Shown here one piece after another: positions 42,069-46,065 of a stretch of DNA of 46,065 nt. The position numbers and the translations under genes were made by a program. The notes beneath the pieces were generated by a model, which saw nothing but the letters and a program-made list of their open reading frames with translations, ran no database searches and was not told the DNA's origin. Positions within the stretch are counted from its first letter, which is position 1; each line of letters starts with the position of its first letter. Origin of the DNA: a virus. Lineage: Duplodnaviria; Caudoviricetes. The stretch covers positions 1-46,065 of the IMG/VR virus record IMGVR_UViG_3300037470_000435; one strand, written 5' to 3'.

Positions 42069-43055
42069 TTACAGGTTGATCTTAGTGCCGGCTAGTTGTA
42101 AATGTTCCGGGGTCAAGTGTGAGTATTTTTCGGTCGTGGTGACACTGGCATGCCCGGCGAGCACCTGGACGGCTCGTAGGGGCACTCCGGCCATGACCAG
42201 CTGGGAGATGTAAGTGTGACGCAGGCTGTGGAGGGTCCCGCCCAGTTTGGCGCGGTGGGCGCAGCGTTCAAAGGCCCTGGTGAGGGAGCGCGGGTGCTCG
42301 CGCGGCAGCACGTACTGGCCCTCGGTCTTGATGCGCTTGACGGCGCGGCGGGCATTGTCCGTGAGCGGAATTTCACGCCACTTGCCGCTCTTGGTACGTT
42401 CCTCGGCGGTGGAGAGCACGCGGATCGAGCTCTCGCCGATGTCGGCCTTCTTGAGCTGCAGGGCCTCGCTGCGTCGTAGTCCGGTGTTGACCATCAGTTG
42501 CCAGATGGCGGCGTGGTAGGGCGACGCGGCGTACAGGCGCTTCAGTTGGGGCTTGGTATAAAAATGGGGCGGCCTGGCGTCCAGCTCTTGTGGCATAGAA
42601 ACCCCCGCAATCCGATTCCTCGGTAAAAGCTCCCATTCTACGGCCTTGTTCAGCAGGGCCTTCAGTATGCGCAGTTCCTTCGTTACGGTGCCACTAGCAC
42701 TAAGTCCTGAGCGACTGTGTTTGTAGTCCTCGGCCATCTTGGGGGTGATTGCATCGAGCGGAAACACGCCGAACACCGGGAGCAGGTGCTGCCGGACGAT
42801 CTGGGCGACGCGCCAGTGACTGGAAGGGTATTCTTTTTCGTGCCACGCCAGATATTCTTCGGCGTAGTTACTCATGACTAAGGACGAGGGGAGATAGACT
42901 TGGCCTGTGCTGAGCTCGAGTTCCTTGGCCTGCAGGAGGATTTTAACCTGGCGTTCTGGTACTGTTCGGACATTTCCGACTGGAGTTTTGTGGCGGCCGG
43001 TGACGTCGGACCATTGTATGTACCAGGTGCCACCACGTTTGTAGTATGTTGCCAC
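42069..43055 (-). CDS. int: tyrosine integrase
   Basis: TGLRRSE, TKSGK, HSLRH, LAGH, TEKY catalytic set. Confidence 0.95.
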   Translation of the reverse strand: MATYYKRGGTWYIQWSDVTGRHKTPVGNVRTVPERQVKILLQAKELELSTGQVYLPSSLVMSNYAEEYLAWHEKEYPSSHWRVAQIVRQHLLPVFGVFPLDAITPKMAEDYKHSRSGLSASGTVTKELRILKALLNKAVEWELLPRNRIAGVSMPQELDARPPHFYTKPQLKRLYAASPYHAAIWQLMVNTGLRRSEALQLKKADIGESSIRVLSTAEERTKSGKWREIPLTDNARRAVKRIKTEGQYVLPREHPRSLTRAFERCAHRAKLGGTLHSLRHTYISQLVMAGVPLRAVQVLAGHASVTTTEKYSHLTPEHLQLAGTKINL

Positions 43056-43234
43056 GCCGCTTCTTTCTCGATTGCCCGTTGTAGATCGCTCCTACGATAC
43101 ACTAATTTACCCATGAAACGAAAGGGGAGGATAGCGTAGGCGGTGCGGTGGCGGCGGAACTGGCTCAAACAGACACAACAATAGTCGGCGGCTTGAGCCT
43201 CGGTGAGGTAGTCCTTAACCAAAGGGGACTCCAA
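42878..43234 (-). CDS. excisionase-like HTH protein overlapping int
   Basis: YLTEAQAADY...GKLVYRRSDL; start uncertain. Confidence 0.7.
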   Translation of the reverse strand: MESPLVKDYLTEAQAADYCCVCLSQFRRHRTAYAILPFRFMGKLVYRRSDLQRAIEKEAAWQHTTNVVAPGTYNGPTSPAATKLQSEMSEQYQNARLKSSCRPRNSSSAQAKSISPRP

Positions 43235-43520
43235 TAGAGAAGCGCTCGGCGTAGGATGCGGCGCGCAGCTGCGCGGCGATGCTCGGGTGGCAGATGACCA
43301 CCTGCCTGCCGCCCATACGCATCATGATGGCGGTAGGCTCTTGGACGAACCCGAAGCGCTTAGTGCGTTTCTTCTGGATGCGGTGGTGGTAGCTGTCACG
43401 CATCCAGGGCCGGCGTTTGAACACGACCTTGGGTTTGTCGGTGTTGCGGACGCAAAGCAGATTTTCATATATGGGGAGGCCGCGGAACATCACATCGGTC
43501 TCGCGCAGACGAATTCCCAC
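43215..43520 (-). CDS. hypothetical protein
   Basis: R.QKK..KRFG...P...ICHP motif. Confidence 0.6.
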   Translation of the reverse strand: MGIRLRETDVMFRGLPIYENLLCVRNTDKPKVVFKRRPWMRDSYHHRIQKKRTKRFGFVQEPTAIMMRMGGRQVVICHPSIAAQLRAASYAERFSIGVPFG

Positions 43521-43735
43521 CAGTGGACGCCGCGCCCGGTGCGGACGTTGCGGCGCCGATTCAGGGCGAAGGTGAAGATGCGTGGATCGGCCTTGCTGTC
43601 GGGTGAGAGGGCTATGGACTCCATTACGTTATAGGTTACACAGCTGGGTAGTCCGTTGGTTGGTGGTGCCCGCAGTTCACGTATCGGTGGCAGTTGGCGG
43701 GCGGCGGTTTTGATATCGGCGGGGGTAGGGTTCAC
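43490..43735 (-). CDS. hypothetical protein
   Basis: Coupled ORF. Confidence 0.45.
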   Translation of the reverse strand: MNPTPADIKTAARQLPPIRELRAPPTNGLPSCVTYNVMESIALSPDSKADPRIFTFALNRRRNVRTGRGVHWWEFVCARPM

Positions 43736-43923
43736 TAGTCCTCCCAGATGTCGAGTTCTGCGCCATTGAATTTCATCGGTGGTTTTTGGAACATGTAGTA
43801 CCGCTCGAGTTCGGTGCAGAGCTTGATGTAGTTCGAGCGGGTGATCGAGATGCGCTTGACCTCGGTACCGGTTTGTTTTTGAAACTTGGCCACGGTACGG
43901 AGGAGCGCGGCGGCGATGCTCAT
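43735..43923 (-). CDS. hypothetical protein
   Basis: GGAGG RBS, start MSIAAALL. Confidence 0.55.
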   Translation of the reverse strand: MSIAAALLRTVAKFQKQTGTEVKRISITRSNYIKLCTELERYYMFQKPPMKFNGAELDIWED

Positions 43924-44003
43924 CGTAGCCCTCCTTCGTCGTTGTTGCAGTACTCGTATACGAGCAACAGTATGAGTATGGTTATTAGGAATGCTGGGGT
44001 CAT
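43920..44003 (-). CDS. small single-TM protein
   Basis: MTPAFLITILILLLVYEYC, fills gap between coupled ORFs. Confidence 0.45.
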   Translation of the reverse strand: MTPAFLITILILLLVYEYCNNDEGGLR

Positions 44004-44254
44004 TAGCAGATGACTTTGTGTGTGTCGAAGGGCCATACGGGACCTTTCCATCTGTCCGGTGGAGGGACTGGCGGAGCAATGGCGGGTACCAGGTTTGGGT
44101 TGAACGGCGGTGTAGGGTTGAACGGCGGCGTGACTTTGTGGAAGACCGTGTTCAAGTGCGCGACGATCTGTTCCCACTGCATTTTGTTGGGCGGCCTGGT
44201 GTCATGGAGTTCGACGAAACCTTGGAGCCAGTAGCAAAATTGTTCTGAGTTCAT
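44003..44254 (-). CDS. conserved phage hypothetical protein
   Basis: M..EQFCYWLQGF.EL...P...QW..I..HL..VF.KVTP motif. Confidence 0.7.
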   Translation of the reverse strand: MNSEQFCYWLQGFVELHDTRPPNKMQWEQIVAHLNTVFHKVTPPFNPTPPFNPNLVPAIAPPVPPPDRWKGPVWPFDTHKVIC

Positions 44255-44430
44255 TGGAGGTTCTTCGGCATGAGTTTGAGAATTGCGGGTGACGCGGTGC
44301 TGCGTCGGTCGTGGCGGCGACGGGCTAGGATGCGCGCGGCGACGGCTCCGGCTTCGCTGACGAAGGCGGCGCGGCGTTCGAAGGTGCGGTAGTCGGGATA
44401 ACCTTTATGAACCGGTACTGGGTTGGTCAT
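44251..44430 (-). CDS. hypothetical protein (59 aa)
   Basis: GAGGA RBS, ATGA overlap. Confidence 0.5.
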   Translation of the reverse strand: MTNPVPVHKGYPDYRTFERRAAFVSEAGAVAARILARRRHDRRSTASPAILKLMPKNLQ

Positions 44431-44440
44431 GTTGTCCTCG

Positions 44441-44692
44441 TTAGTCGATGGGGGATTTAGGCGGGGTGCAGTTGACGCAGATGCCGGTGGTGGTGTCGTG
44501 AACGTAGTCGTAACCCATCATTCCGGCTTCGACGTAGTTGCCACACAGACGACATGAGGCCATACCGCGGTCGTTCATGAGTTGTTGTAATTCGTGGGCG
44601 TCGAGGCCCCAGTCAATCTGGGCCTCGAAGCTGCCGCCGCTGGCTGCTTGCTCGGCGATTTCTTCTTGTTCGTGGATAGTAAATCGGCTCAT
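44441..44692 (-). CDS. small zinc-finger protein
   Basis: CRLC...CVNC. Confidence 0.6.
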   Translation of the reverse strand: MSRFTIHEQEEIAEQAASGGSFEAQIDWGLDAHELQQLMNDRGMASCRLCGNYVEAGMMGYDYVHDTTTGICVNCTPPKSPID

Positions 44693-44985
44693 GGTTCCTT
44701 ATGTTTGCATATCTGTGGGTTGGGCTGTTTTGTGGGCGGGAGGGGTTTCCAGCCTTCGGTGAGGTACTCGAGGAAGGCGGCAGTTTCTTCGGGGTGGGCG
44801 TCGAGCAGCGGGTTGTCCCAGTAGTGGCCGTAGTAGACCACTTCAAAGCGCGGGTGTGGGCCGAAGCCTTTGAGATGGCGTGGTGCGGTGACGTTGCGGG
44901 TGTGCTTCTCGGGGATACCGCTGACTAGCAGGAAGGCGTTGTATTCAGCCAGGGAGCCGCAGAGGACGAAGATGGTTGGGCTCAT
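44689..44985 (-). CDS. hypothetical protein
   Basis: GAGGA RBS, ATGA overlaps. Confidence 0.6.
   Translation of the reverse strand: MSPTIFVLCGSLAEYNAFLLVSGIPEKHTRNVTAPRHLKGFGPHPRFEVVYYGHYWDNPLLDAHPEETAAFLEYLTEGWKPLPPTKQPNPQICKHKEP
44701..44731 (-). promoter_or_regulatory. CAGCCCA-box promoter
   Basis: AAAACAGCCCAAC-12(TGc)-AAACAT-8nt-ATG. Confidence 0.55.
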
Positions 44986-45155
44986 GCGGGTATTTCCTCA
45001 GCAATAGGCTCAATGGAGAGTAGCTTGACGGTATCGGGGTGGCCGTCTTTGTCGTGGCGCAGTGTGGGCTCGAAGGTTTTGGCGGCTTCGGCTGCGGTGG
45101 GGGCTTCGACGGAATGGGTGTGGACAGCGAGGGTTTTGACGAGGTACTGGGGCAT
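44982..45155 (-). CDS. hypothetical protein (57 aa)
   Basis: MPQYLVKTL..VEA.T..EA. Confidence 0.5.
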   Translation of the reverse strand: MPQYLVKTLAVHTHSVEAPTAAEAAKTFEPTLRHDKDGHPDTVKLLSIEPIAEEIPA

Positions 45156-45166
45156 TGGCGGAGGCC

Positions 45167-45259
45167 TTATATTTTTAGTATGAGCGCCCAGACTGTACCC
45201 AGGAAGAAGCAGGTGCTTCCTCCCAGGTATAGAAAGAGGATGGCGATTTCGGAAGACAT
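45167..45259 (-). CDS. small hydrophobic protein
   Basis: LYLGGSTCFFLGT; TAATG overlap. Confidence 0.45.
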   Translation of the reverse strand: MSSEIAILFLYLGGSTCFFLGTVWALILKI

Positions 45260-45465
45260 TACTTCAATAAGGATTCGATTTGGTTGGCGATTTTGTCGGC
45301 ACGGGTACGCTCCTGACTGAGGGCGGTCTGTTCGTCTTCCATGGCACAGATGCGGTCGTTGATATCGTGCTCACGGGTGGCGTTTCGGTTGGAAAGCGCG
45401 CGTAGATCGCTGACAGTCTGATTGAAGCGGTTGAGGATTTTGTCGACGTTGGTGGGCTTGAACAT
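45259..45465 (-). CDS. small coiled-coil phage protein
   Basis: AAAGGT RBS, MFKPTNVDKIL..F. Confidence 0.65.
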   Translation of the reverse strand: MFKPTNVDKILNRFNQTVSDLRALSNRNATREHDINDRICAMEDEQTALSQERTRADKIANQIESLLK

Positions 45466-45499
45466 TTGAGGGTACCTTTTTGTTATGGTTGGAGGAGGC

Positions 45500-45530
45500 T
45501 TTATACAGTGGGTGAAGTCTGGGCTGCTTT
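45500..45530 (-). promoter_or_regulatory. CAGCCCA-box promoter (within 3' end of upstream CDS)
   Basis: AAAGCAGCCCAGA-12-TATAAA. Confidence 0.45.
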
Positions 45531-45821
45531 TCTTTCGGTTTCGATTTCTTTTTGTAGCATGGCTAGTGCGCGCCAAGCGACTTTGGCGGAGTGGCGGGTG
45601 CCATCCGTGTCGACGGTGCCGGCCTCCCAGAGATGCCGGCAAAGGGCATCAGGCTCATCTGTGCTTTTGGTGCGGTCCCAGTGGAGCGGCTCGCCCTTGT
45701 GGTGCTGGTCGTTGCCTTTTTGGGAGCAGGCAGCGACGGCGGCTAGGGCGTCAGGGAAGTATTTGATTAGTCCAGAGAATAGAGGGACGGCTTTACGCTC
45801 GGCGGCGTTGGTAGGGATCAT
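45501..45821 (-). CDS. dATP/dGTP diphosphohydrolase-domain protein (DUF5664-like)
   Basis: YFPDALAAVA..S..GN.QH...LHWDR.KS.D..DAL.RHL...H...AWRALA.LQ. Confidence 0.75.
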   Translation of the reverse strand: MIPTNAAERKAVPLFSGLIKYFPDALAAVAACSQKGNDQHHKGEPLHWDRTKSTDEPDALCRHLWEAGTVDTDGTRHSAKVAWRALAMLQKEIETERKAAQTSPTV

Positions 45822-46063
45822 TTACGGCTTCCGGTGTTGTAGGCGGTGCGGTTGAGGTGGGCTTCTTCTTTGAGAGCCTTGCCAAGACCGATTAAGGTGG
45901 GCGGGTGGATCGTGCGTTGTTCCTTTTGATTGCGGTATAGCTTTTTGATGCTACTGAGCTCGGTGCGGAGTTCGGCGAGTCGGTTGAGGGCGGCTTCGTA
46001 GGTTCTGAAGTAGCCGCCTAGGTAGGCGCGGTTGTTGCGGTACAGCCGGACGCGGTAGCGTCT
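45818..46063 (-). CDS. partial ORF with AP2-like DNA-binding segment
   Basis: RYRVRLYRNNRAYLGGYFRTYEAA; runs off window end. Confidence 0.5.
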   Translation of the reverse strand, partial: RRYRVRLYRNNRAYLGGYFRTYEAALNRLAELRTELSSIKKLYRNQKEQRTIHPPTLIGLGKALKEEAHLNRTAYNTGSRK

Positions 46064-46065
46064 TT

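Noticed and set aside
1-46065. CRISPR array, rRNA, IS element, host-prophage junction, CI-type repressor
   Set aside because: No repeat-spacer array, rRNA or transposase seen; attP is intact with phage genes on both sides; no HTH-S24 repressor recognisable in this window

Overview
The whole window is phage DNA: part of a temperate podovirus-type genome with an intact attP and no host genes, probably infecting a beta/gammaproteobacterium (host-like tRNA-Glu). The leftward arm (1-8400 and 40700-46065) carries early/replication genes: family A DNA polymerase, DEDDh exonuclease, frameshifted RNA ligase, sulfotransferase-like protein, tyrosine integrase/Xis, a dNTP diphosphohydrolase, two tRNAs and two unexplained structured RNAs. 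The rightward arm (8600-40740) carries a Tad2-like accessory cluster, terminase, P22-like portal, scaffold, N4-gp56-type capsid, tail/ejection proteins, lysis genes and a 7-tRNA array. Five related free-standing HNH genes are interspersed. Main non-annotated signals: (1) a leader-peptide attenuator whose codons (T,Q,P,N,H,A) match the six tRNAs downstream of its terminator, suggesting a tRNA-depletion sensor that switches on replacement tRNAs; (2) a 12-copy promoter architecture, CAGCCCA box + 11-12 nt + sigma70 -10; (3) an attP core equal to the tRNA-Glu anticodon loop, next to a complete replacement tRNA-Glu with a rewritten anticodon arm; (4) a 146-nt tRNA-like RNA with a 9/3 acceptor/T branch; (5) a duplicated GNA-triloop hairpin motif before early genes. 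All assignments were made by eye; no searches were run.
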